From: Acanthaster planci
Lineage: Eukaryota
Assembly: GCF_001949145.1 (NCBI RefSeq)
Contig: NW_019091355.1
Location: 618,083-682,082 of the forward strand
Length of the DNA stretch: 64,000 bases
Reading direction: 5' to 3'
Of the stretch, positions 10,901 through 25,900 are shown in pieces. Positions within the stretch are counted from its first letter, which is position 1, and every line of letters starts with the position of its first letter. Under the pieces are notes generated by a model. The model saw nothing but the letters and a program-made list of their open reading frames with translations, searched no databases and had not been told where the DNA came from. Both the position numbers and the translations under genes were made by a program.

Positions 10901-13900
10901 TGTAAACCAAGACTCACTGTTGATAGTTGGGCTTGGAGTGCTGTCCTCTCTCTCCTGGTCTTGATCTGCATCTGGGTCTGGGTCATCAGTGATATCCTTC
11001 TGCTGTTTCTCTCGGCGTTTCTTTTTCTTTTTCTCCCTGCGTTTGGCTGCCTGGGCCTTGCGGCTCTCCTCACGTGACTGTCAATTCCAAAAAAGGACAA
11101 ACACAACATCACACATAAATCATTTTTAAAACAATCATTTCATGTACTGAGATACTCAGAACTTTATGACACTGTGGCAGAATGTTCACCTGATTTATAG
11201 GACACTCCAGAAACTATTTCAAAAAGTTTTTAATTAGGTCCCTTAACCCTCCAATGCTGAAGTCACTCTTTGGGTCACTTGGTAAGCACCTCAAAGCAGC
11301 ACAGCTGTGTCATGTGGTGCACTGCACCAACTCTCCCTCACAGGAATATCTGATTGCACTTTTGTGCTGCCCAACAACTGTGCTTCACTGTTTCATGTGC
11401 ATAANTATTCCATGCAGAAAATACACGAAAGAGAGTGACTGTGGGCACTCGTGCATATTTGTGCTGTAAAACCAAAGGAGGGTTAATGCCACCATGCCAT
11501 GGTACCAATACCTTTTCTGACTCCAGTTCTTCCAGAAGGTTTGTAGCATTCTTATTGGCCTCAGCAGCTTGCCGATCTTTAGCTGCAACGATGATTTCCA
11601 TGCATTGGTGGCACTTCTTCAAGAGCTCCTGTCAAGGAAAAATATCAAAATCAACATCAAAATCTCAATAATCGTACAATTCTTATTTCTTAAACAGCAC
11701 CAGATTCAGGAGAGGAAGAAATTCATGTTTTGAGTAATCCTGATGAGTATCCTACCTTGTCTGAGATGGTAGATATGTATCGCATACACTCGGCATCAGA
11801 GGGGAACTGGTTAACATGGCGCACCATCCATCGAACCACTTTAACATGACCCTGTAAAAAAGTTTGTAGTGATTAGAACTCTTTTTTCAGGGGGGTCCTG
11901 TCCACTGTACGTATGTCAACTATCACTGAAGTTTGAGATGCCAACTTTACAGGGGAGTGCATCCCTCTCTGCTCGATTAAAGGCTTCCATGACTAACCTT
12001 TCTAAATGCAGCCATCAAGCAGGACACCTTCCGGTTGTCTTGGCTGTCGATATCTGCTCCAGCGTGGACCAACCGCTGCACCACATCCAAATGACCACCT
12101 AAGACATCAAGAAGATTGTTGCTTTCCATGCAAAATGTCAAGACTCCTTGATCCTCAAAGTTCCAATCCTCCTATTTCAATTTAACCTTATCACTTTATC
12201 AGACACCCGGAAAGGAAGGGGTTTAAAGCCACATCAAGGCAGTGTAATATGACTGTAAACTGTCTACAACACGGTTATTCATCACTGGCTCTAAGAGCAA
12301 AATTCACTACTTCTGGATGACTAAAGTTACTACTTGTCTAGCAACTGACCTTAGACATTGAATCTCCATTAATCCCTACATGGACTTTGGGAATGCATGA
12401 CCAATATGGACATCAATCCTCACCATTACAGGCCAGCCAGAGTGGTGAGTTGCCCTTTTTATTCTTGACATCCACAGCAGCCATGTGCTCCAGGAGGAGT
12501 TCTACGAAGCGGTAGTGACCCTTGTCAGCGGCGATGGTTAAGGCGGTGTCACGAGAGGAGGGTACAGGGCCAGCATTGACATCCGCTCCCTTCTCAATCA
12601 GGACCGCACCCACATCAGCATAGCCACCCGAAGCTGCTTCCATGAGGGGCGTTAGACCCGTCTGAGAGCAGAGGGAACAGAAAGACACGGATAACAATTT
12701 ATCTCTACTCAGAGGTCTTAATAACGATGACAGTGGTTAGATTTGAGCAGATTTGAGCTTGGCAGGATTGTGGAAGGTAAAGCCAAGCAACTTTTATATT
12801 ATATGAGGCTTCAGGAAACATTACTTGTCAGTTGAACTTGCAGACTCCAAAGTCGTTCTTTTTTTCTGTATGGTAACTGACCTTGGCTCTGTGTTCCACG
12901 TTAGCCTTGCGATCTACCAGCAGGCTGACCACCTCCGTGCGACCTTGGAAGCAGGCCAGAGTTAGGGCCGTGTTGCGATTGGTCTCGATCTGGGCATTGA
13001 TGTCACTACCCATGTCCAACAGGAGCTTGACTGCTGCTGTGTGGCCATTCATTGCGGCCAGCATCAAAGGAGAAATGCCCAACTTGCTGCCCGTTCTAAA
13101 TTTTCAAAAAATAAAAAAGTGTTTGTTAACTTTGATTCTCTGGAGTTTTTAAAACCAAGGCCATTACTGCTATTACCAGTAAGTTCCAGATTGCGAGATA
13201 TCCCACAACCACAAAACAGGACTCTGTCCATACCTGGAGTTAATCTCAGCTCCGTATCTGAGCAGAAGCTTGATGATACTGACAAAACCTCCTGATGCAG
13301 CTAGGCTGAGAGGCGTGTAGTCAGAGACGTTACGGTGCTCCTTGTTAGCACTACGGGACAACAACAGGTCTACTACCTACACAAAAACCACAAAAAAAAA
13401 ATAATCAAAATTACGACCACGGATCACTGATTATTGCTTCAATTTACATCCAAGAAACATTTTGAGTGAGATGAGGGTGGTTCTTGTGCAGTTCTTCCAA
13501 TTTATCCTCATCTTTGAAAGATATTCTTGGGATGAACAACAACGTGTCAGGTATACCTACCTCGTATCTTCCCCCAGAACAAGCCAGGGATAGAGGCGTG
13601 TCCTTGGTCCTCTCTGACTGGGCTTCGATGTCACAGCCATGATCCAAGAGAATCTCAACAGTCTTGCAGTGGCCAGCCGTCGCCGCCAGGATGAGTGGGG
13701 TGAATCCTGCACAAGAAATAGGCAGAAAGTCCTTCAGTAAACAGATCATAAATACCTACCTAGAACCATGATAATCACTATTTCCATTTTCTAGCTCTAC
13801 ACCAATCACGATTAAGTCACAGATTAATTAAAATTTTAGTAACAAGTGATGTCATCTTAAAAATGAGACCAAAGATGGTGATTTGAGGTCAGTAAATTAT

Positions 13901-16900
13901 CTGGGAAAGCCACATCTAAATGTTTTTGGCTACTTATGGCAATGGAAACCATGTGGCTGCAGCTACTTTCCACTGACACAAGTGTTGAAGTCAGCCATAG
14001 TCGTACCTTTCTTGTCTTTGTGCTCCATGTTGGCATTCTTCTCCAACAGCATCTGGACGAGTTCATCATGGCCGCCAGCGCAGGCCACGGTGAGTGCAGT
14101 GTCGTGGTTGCTCTCCGTCTGTGCGTCCACTTCCACCGGTGGGTGAGGGGTGAAGCGCGGGGCGTAGAGCACGCCACCGGGTGAGGATGGGGACTGGTGG
14201 GGATGCACCGCTGTGTCTGGGGTAGGAACAGCAGCGGGCGTGGTGCTGAGGGTGAGCGGAGATGACACACGGCAGGTCAGAGAGGAGGAATCGCACTGGG
14301 TGCCCACGGATTGGGTTTGGGGAGGAGCTTTCCAAGGTTTAGGGGGTAGCTCTGGGCCTGTCAGAAAATGAGAAGAAAGAGGAAGCAAAAAATAGATTCA
14401 CAATTTAACAATAATGGAAAGGCTTTGCATGCACTCTTAACTTTCCAGTCTCTTCAAAATCCACCAAAGTTGGAGTAATGACGATGGTACAGTCCACATA
14501 TGATGTTTGGTTCCCATAAAAGCATTCATACCAAGAGTCTGTCTATTGTGGTCCCTCACCGCAGAGGATTGGAGAGCTCTATAAGGTTCTTGGAATGTCT
14601 ACAGAGTTAGGGTTCAGGGATAATGTCTGTATAATTACAACTTACGTGCTTGTGCATCTGTGGTCTCTGCCAAAGGACACACTGAGGAGGCTACCATCAA
14701 ACCATTCTGAGACTCCTCTCCTACTCCACTCTCCCGTGGCTGTGATGTCACATCAACGAGTCTGCCAACACCTAAATTGGTATACCCTGTGACAACTGCA
14801 GTGACAGACACCGTGGGAGCATCCTCTCCTATGGGGAGAAGACTCTGGACGTCCGGAAGGGAGGCTGAGGTCAATGGGGCCATCTGGCTGCTGGCATCCT
14901 TCGTTAGAGGAGCTGCAGTTTGGTGGCTGGCCGGAGATTGCTGGTTGGTGGAGACTTCTAGTTTATGGGAGTGCCCATCCTGGGGGTCTCTTGATGACGC
15001 GATGACCGTCTGGCCTGGAAGGGGGGAGCCAGGGGAGCGACTTGCAGCAGGGAGGTCTTGAGTTGGCATTTGGGATTCAGCTTCCGTGCCCTGAAAGGAC
15101 AATCTTGGCTGGGGAAGGTCGGGGCTTAGTGCGGGGGCTTCCTTGTTCACCTGGTTGAGTTTGATCTCGCGAAGGTCTAGTGCCGAGTCATCGATGTCTG
15201 CCGCAAGGACCTCTGCATTCGGGGAGCCTGGAACAGCCTCCCGGACGCCTTTAGGAGACTTGTTGTTGTTGGCTTCAGCGGCTAGTCGGGAAGCGACATC
15301 AGCAGAGGGCATGTCGCTGGGGCTGGGGACTCGATCGACAGTGGATTCCCCGTTAGCAGTAGTGGTGGTGGAATCCGCTGCGGCCCCAACATCCTTCTGG
15401 ATGAAATCCCACTCGATCTTCTGCAGCTCTCGGAACTGCTTCTGCTTCTTCTCCAGGAGCTGCTCTTTGGCCATCTGGACGTCAGGGTGGGGCTTCTGGC
15501 CAAGCCCTGAAGCAGAGACATCTGCATCAGACTCGTTACTCAAGGATGCAGTGTTTGGAATTCTTTGGTGTGTTGGGTCTCGTTGGGCCACTGATGGATC
15601 CACGTTTGCTTGAGCCAGCAATAGAGAACCTGCATCATCAACAAGCAGAAATATAAAAACTGACAGAAAGACAATATTGGGGGCACAATAATGAGTTATT
15701 TCAGTTGCCTTATACTGAGAAAGACAGGTGACTGAATGGGTTCCAAAGCTCTTGGAATAGGTGAATATACTCACCCTGGGGCTGGGGCATCTCATCTGGG
15801 TGCTTGTCGGGCTTCTGAGGGGGGACTACTATGGGTAGGGCTTGGGTCGGCACCCGGGATACTTCTCCCTGCTCGGGCGTAGGGGGCGTGACTGTACCCT
15901 CTGCAGGTGCCGACGTGGTCATTAAGTTGCTTGGGTAGTTGAGGATGAGGGACATGACCCCTGAGTGACCTCCTTTGGCTGCTTCAATCAGACAGGTGGA
16001 ATTATCCTATTGGGGGAAGGGTCGTGACAGAAAAAAAGGCATAACTAGAACAAACTTGCTTGGAAGATTTTTGTGGTGATTTGTAATCAGAGTAATCAGT
16101 ATTCAACATCAAATGATTTCCATTGTGTAAGTCCTATTCATTGAGAGTATATTCAATTCATTATCAACAAGCAGGTCAATAAAGTCCTTGTACTCTACAT
16201 TCTGTAGTGTGTATGAACTGGAAAGGTGTAATTAATAAAATCACTAGTGTTGTAAAATATCTTTGGAATCCTTGAACCCTGTGCATTACAACATTCCACA
16301 GTAAAGGAAAAATAATGACTGTGAGGCAAATTCCAAAAAAGTCTGTTTTTTGTTCTAGCTGCTTGGGTTATAAGTCGTTGAACGCCCACCTTGAGTTTGT
16401 GGGAGGGATTAGCAGCATGCTCCAGTAGCAGCTCTACAACACGGAGGTGGCCACCAGCACAGGCCAAGGACAGCACCGTGTGATCGTTGTTAGTTGTTGC
16501 ACGATTGACCTCCGCACCTGCATCAAATTGTCCCAACCATGAAAATGTTTTCGAGTGTCCAAGAAGAAAAATGTAGAAAAAGAAGTAGCTCGGATGGCTG
16601 GAGTCAACAACACAAAGTTGGCACTTAAAAATGTTCCAAAAGAAACAGTGTTGAAGTGGAGACTTCTTAAGCAGAGCTGTGCCAAATATCCGAGTTTTTA
16701 ATTGATTGTTGAATAGTCAAATATTGTTTTCTGAATTGAATATTCAAATGCAAATTCAAGAAAAGCAGGGGAGAATTTTCTTTTGTTTTAAAAGAGAAAG
16801 ACTGCACTACGGAGGCTTGTTTCAAGCAAATTCAAATGAAAAGTGACAGAAATCTTGCGATTCAAAAAGTAAATTACTCATCAACAAATTAAAAGGAATA

Positions 16901-19900
16901 GAAATTCATCTCTTAGATCTTGCTTAATCATGACTGGAGATACTCCTAGACTTGAGAAGCTATTATAGTGACTATAATGTACAACTGTGTGCATTATTGC
17001 AACTGATTTTGTATATGGTTTGCCCATCAACAACCTGCTCGTTGGTATGACCGAATATTCGGCTTTTCAATTGAGTTGAAGGTCGAATATTGGAATAATG
17101 AATTATTTGAAATGACTTAGCCCTGATCTTAAGACCATCAGAAGACCCCAAAAGACCATCACAAATGCAACACAAGGCCTCCAGTCTGAATGAAACAAAA
17201 GCATTCCTTGGTCACTGTTCACGCTGCTACTTGTAAGTTGTCTTATGAAAGGTTTTGTGTATTGTCTTTATGCATGGTCTTGCTACGAGTCTTGGGATGG
17301 CCTTCATTACACCACTATGAAATGCAGCATTTAGTATGCGAGACTCACCTTTGGAGATGAGATACTGCACCGTACATATGTGACCTGCCCTGGCTGCCTT
17401 CATGAGAGGGGTACGACCGCCTTCAGATTCATGTTCCTGAGGGTGACCAACAGGGGAAAAACAATTACAACAGACGCAAACAAAAACTGAGAGTTCAAAA
17501 GTGATTGGACCTTACAAAAGGAGTCACACATCACCACAGCTATAGCTGAGCAACAATTTTTGGTACAAATAATGCACAAGTTGTTCACGTTTTTCTTCTT
17601 AACTGCATGCCAAATTTTATAAGGATGTTAAAAAGAATGCAACACCTACGTGAAGAGCAAAGGGTACCAAAAACAGGAGAAAAGAGGCCTGGAAGCAGGC
17701 CTGCATAAATTAATGAAAGGGTTTTCAAAGTTGAAGAAACATATCAAATGACTGACCAGGTCTGCCCAGGCAGCTAGTAACACATCGGCAACATCGGTGT
17801 GGCCATTCTCACAGGCGTAGGTAAGAGCTGTGTCTCCCGTGGCTGTCACAGCACGCACGTTGGCATCTAGTACAGAAACAACACAGAGAAAAGATTGAAA
17901 ATTACGCTACATTTAACTGATACGTCTTGGTGTTCGGGGTCTTTCTGCCCATCCACCAGATATGCCAATATACTCTGAAGGGAGTGCACTGGAGGATGAA
18001 ACATCCCTCAGCAAAACAAAAAAGGAGCAAGTTAGAGGGTGTTCATTTGCATATCAGTTAAAACTGCATCCAAAATAAACATCACCTTTAACCGCAATAT
18101 GACGGGCTGAAAATTGTACTATATAGTGTAATTCAACCACCAGAATTAGAAGCCATTACTGTGGTAGCACAACGCTCATGGACAGGTGGTAAGCGCGGGT
18201 TACATGCCTCTTTGACCAACAGGGTGTCGTGATTTGCAAAATGCATGCGCGCATCAAGCTGAAGAATGTGCGTGTGAGTGCGGTGCCACAGCCGTTATGG
18301 CGTCTAATCGGAGTAGTCTATTCTTTAAACATATTCAGGATCACAAATTTGCAAACGAAAAAATTACAAAGAAAAGCAGTGCTGGGTTTGATAAAGCAAG
18401 TAAACTATCTGTCAGAGTTGAGGGTTACTAGTTTGAACAGCACGGCAGCCTGGACCTACTTTTACTGAGGAGGAATTTGACCAGCTCTACATGGCCTTCT
18501 TGGGCTGCCTCCATGAGCGGCGTGGAACAGCCCAGCTCAATGTCAGCCCCTACTTCAATCAGGAACTTTGCCACGTCCAGGAACCCGCCACAGCAAGCCA
18601 GGGTCAGGGCTGTCTCCTGAGTCTCCTCAGTCTGGGCGTTGATGTTGGCACCTGACCAAAAAAAAAAAGAAAAGGAATTCTTCTTAAAGAGTGCATTTTG
18701 CTTTACACTGCATGGACTATACCCCAACTGGAGAGTACTGCAAAGATGATAAACTTGATCTGTAAAGACTTCAAATTGATTGACTTGGAAGATGCATGAG
18801 AAGATACCAGAGAAAAGTAGTTCTTGGAGTATGTGACAACGAAAGAGTTTCTCTACTGAAAAATAGCATATTCCCCAGATAAGCCTGGAATTTGGCTCAA
18901 ATGATATGAACGTTCTATAACCAAGAAATCTTGACCGGGGTTATCACAGCATTTTAGTGCTTGTGCTTGAAGCAAAGCATGGTGATTGAAAGCACAGAAT
19001 TACCCATCCTGGTCGTGGCACCCAGCCTTACCTTGAGCAAGGAGCAGCGCTACCATTTCCTCATGTCCCTCCCGGGCTGCCTCCATCAGGGGCGTGTAGC
19101 CTTCATCGTTCACCTCCTCAATGTTGGCTCCGCGCTCTATCAGGAGGGCGGCAAGCTTGGTGTGACCCCCACAGGCTGCTAGGGTCAAAGGTGACTCAAA
19201 GCTGTCCGCTGGCATGTTCACCTGTGGCAGCAGACACCAACAGGCCTCAAACTTCAAGCAAACTTTCATGTAGATGACAGGTTAGTAGCTCGAATACTTT
19301 ACTAGACCAGACCAAGAGAACTTGAAAACACACCAGTCCCGAACACAAAAACCAACAATTTGAATATGAAACAAAAAAGTGATTTCTTGAAACTTGAAAT
19401 CCAAGTGACAATCTAACATTTAAAAAGGGTATTCATTTATTCATTACTTAAATATCAATTTATTTCAGTTGTACCTGTACCGTGCCGTTGATCATGTTTA
19501 TGGAAACTGCACTTATAAATTTTCAATTATTATTATCATCATTATACTGGAAATAAAACAACGAATAACGACTCTTAACACCAGGATTCTTTTGACCGCA
19601 ACTGCTGGGCTGCGGTATGCCCTGTATGCAAAGCCCTGTCCAGCAGCAGGCCCACATTGAAACCGCAACTGCACGGTGAATAGACTGCATGGTGTGGTAT
19701 GCACTAATTCTCACACAAAGCCGCGGCTGTCAATTTTAAAGGTGAATATTTCTTGTGATCACTTTGGACTGACTGCGTCCAACACAGAGTTCATGAATTG
19801 GTTCAGATGTACATCGTGCAAACCATGCATGGCAAAACTGCATTTAAAATGCACAAACTGTCAAACTGTTGCAGCTTTTTGCTTAGGTGGTAGATGCATG

Positions 19901-22900
19901 AAAACAATGGACTTCAAGTGATTGCCAAGCCTCTCATTTTGTTACTGATGAGGGGGTACTTATGCACACAGGTCAAAGTAGGTCGTATGGCATTTACCTG
20001 GGCACCGTGGTCTAGCAATAGTCTCGCAACCTCCACATGGCCGTCCATGGATGCCTCCATCAGGGCAGTGTGCATTTCATCTGTCTTGTGCTCATGATCA
20101 GCTCCGGCCTCTAACAGAAACTGGACCATCTCCAGATGACCTACAGGTCAAAGGTAAAAACAAAAATGACTGTTCACGAATATTCATAAACACAAAGCAA
20201 AGAGCAGACCGAAGTAACTTGTGTATAAGGTTTAGGATAAAGGTTTGTTCCTAACAATGTGGGAAGTGAAGGGACGGAGTAATGTAGCATATGAAAAGAT
20301 ATCAGAAATTGTACAGTGTTTCTAGTTATCTCGACATAAATTTAAACACTGACAATTTGACTTTGTCCCCTAGACAGTGTGTCATATCACTGGTTTACTG
20401 GAATTCACTATACATGTTTAACATTTTATACACAAGAGAGAACTTAGCAGGCAGGGAACAAGACAAACCTTTGTAGCAGGCCAGCGTCAAGGCGCTCTCC
20501 TTGAACTCATTAGAGTGGGTATTTATACCCGCCCCTCGTTCCAGCAACACCTTGGCGATGCCTACATGACCACTGCTGGCCGCCTCCATCAAGGGGGTGT
20601 GGCCATTCTCGTTGTGGTCCTCGATGTTGGCACCATGATCTAGGAGCACCTTGACGGCGTCTTCATGACCTCCGCTGCACGCGTACATCAAGGGGGTATT
20701 GCCTGTCAGGTAGAGATTGGGCAAATACACTGCTTATAAATACACGGTGCTATTTCCCCTGATAATCATGCTAATGAGGATTTCTGGACGGTTCTTAATG
20801 CACTTGACAAACACACACATACTTGTTATCGGGCTATGGGAACTACTGGTGTTGAAATAAACATTATGGGGACACTTCCCACAATGTGATCCGACTTTCC
20901 GAACAAAGGAAACTGTCCCGTTAAAGCAGGACGGTATATCCATATATCCATGCTCTAATATCATTTAGGCTTCTTCTAAGTCAGCCATGCCACCCTACCC
21001 TAACAGATATGGCTTTTTTAGAGGTTCGTTTAAGAACCAGTTGTCCTACCTGCTGATGATTGGGCATTGACGTCCGCTCCATAGTCTATCAACAATTTGA
21101 CGATATCCACATGGCCAGCACTGGCTGCCTCCATCAAAGGAGTACAGTCTCCCTTACTGCCTCGATCCTCCACGTTAGCATTCATCTTGAGTAAAACCTA
21201 GAACGTCAAACCAAGAAACAAGATGCAGCTGTCAAGCAATCAATTAAGGAAAGATTGCTTTTCATTTCCCTGCTTTTATTGGTGTTTATCCCATTCACTC
21301 TGAGGTGCCTACAGTGCATGCTGGCAAATGCTGGCTTATTGATTACCTTTAAAAGCAAGGTTAGGAAGCACACCCTCCAGCAGATGGATTTTTTTTGGGA
21401 CGGTACCCTTGCAAAGCAACGAACAACTGGCAACAAATGAAACCACACATAGAGTTAGAACTGACCTGCGCTAGCTCAAAGTAGCCTCCCGAGCAGGCAA
21501 GAGATAGCAGACTCTCGCCTTCTTCCGTCGTTTCATTGATGCTCTTGAGGGCAGCTGGGTCGTCTTCAGCATCTGCATAAGCTTGGCTGCAAAGAAAGTA
21601 ATGAGTGAAAGCTTAGGTAATAATTCTGACTCGACTCCCTCGTAGCATTAGAAGTAGACACATACAAGGACAAAGACTTGAGTGGATAATGCAAATACAC
21701 TACAACTCATGTCATCAATATGACTGAAGGTAAGCAAAACATGTTGCTTATAAATTATTTGCTAAGCAAATACTGATAGAGAACCAGTCCTAAGGAACAT
21801 ATTTCATACAGCAATATGACTGGTGCCCTGTTTTGCTGTCAGACAGCAGAACTGTTTCGAGCTTAGCAAATGGACTTATACAATAACATCACTGTTTGTT
21901 TGCATGTGTGCTTTCCTGTGGCAAAGAGTGGGGACTGGATCCATTGAGCCCCCATAGGGAAAGTGTATATGTAAGCAAAGCATGACATCGTTATGTTTTA
22001 GGTCTATTGGTGTGCTTGGCACTAGCTTCGTGGGGCTGTAAAACAAGCCCAATGGTAAGCCATAGCCGATGCAACTGACAGCAGCTGGGAGTTACACAGA
22101 TGTCAATGAGAAGTGGCTGCAGTCAGTATGTACAATGTTTCCATAGCCTACAGGTCATTCCCAGCCGTAGCCACAACTTTTGGACATGGCCTTTAAGACA
22201 GAATTTCAGACAGTATTTGGAAGATCGATAAGTTAGGTTTAATATTCATCACAAACTTGAAGGATCTCTTGTACTGTTCAACAAACACCCACCCATCAGC
22301 CCCCTGGCTGGCCTGATTGCCTGCACTCTCCGAACGCATCCGATAGAGGGCAGCCTCAGCCTCATCTAAGGCGGAGCTGACCGAGGACGTCAGCTTGCCC
22401 AGGATCTCAGGGTCAGTGAACGCTTTGCCATCAGCGGTGGTCAGCTTGTCTATCCCTGCTGAAGAGGAGGGGGAAGAGAAGAGAAGACAGAGGGTGGGTT
22501 GGTGACTGTAGCAATCCATTCCAAGTGTCACGTAGTTCACACTTGGAAACTCTGCTAAGGCCGTGTCCGAAACGGGCTTCCAGAGCTACGGCTAGGTCTA
22601 TTGTCTACGCGTCTCCATGCATTTCTAATGGAGTGAAGACCTAGACCTAGCTCTAGACAAGAGATTCGGATGCAGCCTAAGTCTGCAAGATTGTGATTAT
22701 TTTAATGGGAGACTTTGAGACACTTGATGGCGACACATACACCGGTCCTTTTAACCAGTTCTGCGCATGTGCGCATATTTCTGAGCAGGTGTGTATAGTT
22801 CTGAGCATGTGCAAAACCTTGAAAATGGACCAGTATGTCTGCTGCCACCAGCGTCTTACAGTCTGCAATTCAATCAGTTCAATTTTATGATTATGATGAA

Positions 22901-25900
22901 TCAATATTTTTAGCAGGGGACGGTAATTTTTACATACGTGTAAGGTTCAAAAATAATAAAAAAAGTGGTCTGCTTTGAGATGGTCGAAAGTAAATATCTT
23001 CCATTAACTGAATTATGTTTATCACCGACATGTACCTGTATCTTTCAATCAATAAGCCCGTTGTCATGGTAATTTTTACTTAAAAGGTTCATGTAAAAGA
23101 AGTAAAGGAAGTTTTTGTTGTTGCCTTGTGTCTTCCAAAAGCCTGTATTTTTACTAAGTGGTTTGTGGTTGATCAAAGAGAAAAACGAAACCAAACAATT
23201 ACCTTGTCTATTAACTGAGTGATTGAATAATCATATCTGGCCAAACTGCACCTTGCTTCTTGACTTCTAAGACTAAACTGGACATGAGGGATACTCACCC
23301 GCAGCTTCTAGAAGTGCTTCAAGGGTCTCTGGGTCCACTGCCCTGAGGTCCGGGTTGCCCGAACTGTCAAACTGTAGCTCGTCTTGATTCAGTATGAATG
23401 ATTCAACCTAATGACAAAAACAATGAAACAACTCTGATAAAAACTGTTGCTTCATAAATTCCAAGAATATGAATTACTTTGTGAAGATGCCTACATGACC
23501 AGCTGAAGTGTACATGGCCTTTCCAGAAAAAGGAAAAATGATAAATATTTACTTGACTTGTTCAGATATTACGCTGTATTGCATTACACTACATGTGGTA
23601 ACGGTTGAACCTTTTAATTGTATGAAGACACACTTTGCTTTCACCTGGTGATGGATATTCTACTTCTGTTGCAACACAAAGAATTTGGGTATGTACGTAT
23701 TAGTTTGCTTCAGTATGGGGTCTTTTACAAAGGAAATCCGCTACCAAAATTCATTTCTGCATAAACTATATGAATGAATAAAGTAATTCACAAGATATTT
23801 GATGCAAACATCTGTTTACTGTCTCAGGGATACCAGCAATGTGTACATTCTAGAGCTTTGCTATATGGGTCAATATAGGAGGAAGTTTGACAAATGTGGA
23901 GGTTGAAGAGACTGCATGGTTGAGCTAGAGTTGGGATCCTTATTCACTGTCACGCTGTGGTGAATCACAGAAGACAGCTGTGTAGTGTTACAATGCATGT
24001 ACTGTAAAGGTATCTTTCAGGATTCAATTAATGGACTTAAGTAGCATTTGCAATTGTGAAAAGTCACTGGAAAAAATTGCACTTTCATTCCATTCCTGAT
24101 GGGAATTCCAACATGACCAAGGCAAGATGTACTGGTACATGTACATTTACGCTTTCCACACAAATCGTGTCATCTCGAGAAACCTGATTTGCTTTACATG
24201 AATTGAAAGTACACAATGACTCATCTAATCATGTGCAGTTCCACTATGTTCAGTGGTTACAGATACAGGCACATAGCTACATGTAATAATTCGATTCTTA
24301 GTTCTACAAACATGTATGTTACCATTTCAGATCATTCTGTTCAGTGTTCAGACCGGTGTCTTAACCTTAATGTAGATACATAAAATATGTACATGTATAC
24401 ACTGTATGTGCGGTCCACGTCCTATAACTATGGACAATTAATTATTCACACATGCAAATAACACATGTGCCTGTACATACATAAATAAAAAGGCGTTACA
24501 ATACCTTACACAATATTTCTGTGTTTTAGAGAACCCTAAGTCCCCAGAAAAAGCAGAATTTCTTCAGGAAATCCTGCAAAGGGAAAGTGTGAGGTCTCAA
24601 GGATCTTTTAAAATCCCACAGCTAGAACAAAAGAGTACTTCGTTTCTGTTGCAAATGACAACAATCTAATAGAATTTAGTCACTGAGATGCATCACTGAG
24701 TTCAGTATGGCCATTTCTAATGAGCTCACTGTAAATACATGTATTTGGGAGACAGGTTGAGTGGAAAGGAAGTTGTCTTAGCAAGGAGCAAGACCTCTTG
24801 CAGAGACAATTTCCTTCAAATAAGCTAGGAAGTAGTTACATTAAGTATCAACCCAAGGCTTTTCATCTTGTAAACTGTTTTCCTTTCACAAGGCCTTGGA
24901 GTTTTTAATAGAATCCTTGACATGCACCTTTGCGCCTTACTGACCTTCATCTCCAGTCTGTCTTGCCTGTTCATCTTGCTTTAAGGTATTCTGGCAATTT
25001 TAGATTAGGAATTCTAATGTTCACATTGTATCATCATACTCAAAACCATGGATGATGTGTGACACAGAAGCTTCACAGTCACAGATTTTTGACTGTTTTG
25101 AGAAAAGTTGCCAGACATAATGCTCTGCTCCTTTCAACCAATTTCCACTCTTCATGTTCATTTCGCACCCAGCAGACACTCAATGAGTGAACGTACAGTG
25201 TGTCCATCTGAAAAACAACACATGCATCTATAGGAGATGCTTGATGCAACTAGCAACATGTGGGGGCTTCCATAGGTACATGTGTATCATGTGCCAGCAA
25301 GCCATATAAGCTACATGTTCATGTAGGTAAATGTAATTCAGAAGCTACCTTAATGTACTACCTGCTACGCACTGCGCACAGAGAGCAGCAGTTAAAATTC
25401 CTAAGTTATCGATACACAATGTTCCCAAATGTAAAAAGACTGTCTGACATGCCCAAAGTGGACACCGTTTGTTTTTGTGCACCGTACGATTCGACAGCAT
25501 GGTGCCTACTGAATTCATAGGACTGACTTAGTTCATATGGTTAAGTCAGCACTGGTATTTCTGCATGTGCATGGAATGTGGGTCAGTTGATCCCAACAGT
25601 AAGCTCGTCATAATCCAAGTACATGTATTGTCTCGACAAATTCTATGAAATTCACTGGTGGTGATCAAACCTGAGGATAGGAGTCTAGGTGAAGTGACCC
25701 AGGAATGGTACCCCCAGGTGTCAAGAACAAATGGACAATCCAAACGACAGAAAAATGCTCATTTGTCATCTAGTTTCCATGTTATTGGCATTTACATTCC
25801 ATGCCCATCATTTCCAAAGCTCACTTTTCCCAGTGACCGCCCTGTTTACAAATGACGGCTCTACTCTCCTTGAAAACACTGTTCACCAGTCCTGTGATTT

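Noticed and set aside
14777..15613. Plus-strand ORFs of 94 and 156 aa
   Set aside because: Antisense to MASK exon 14.
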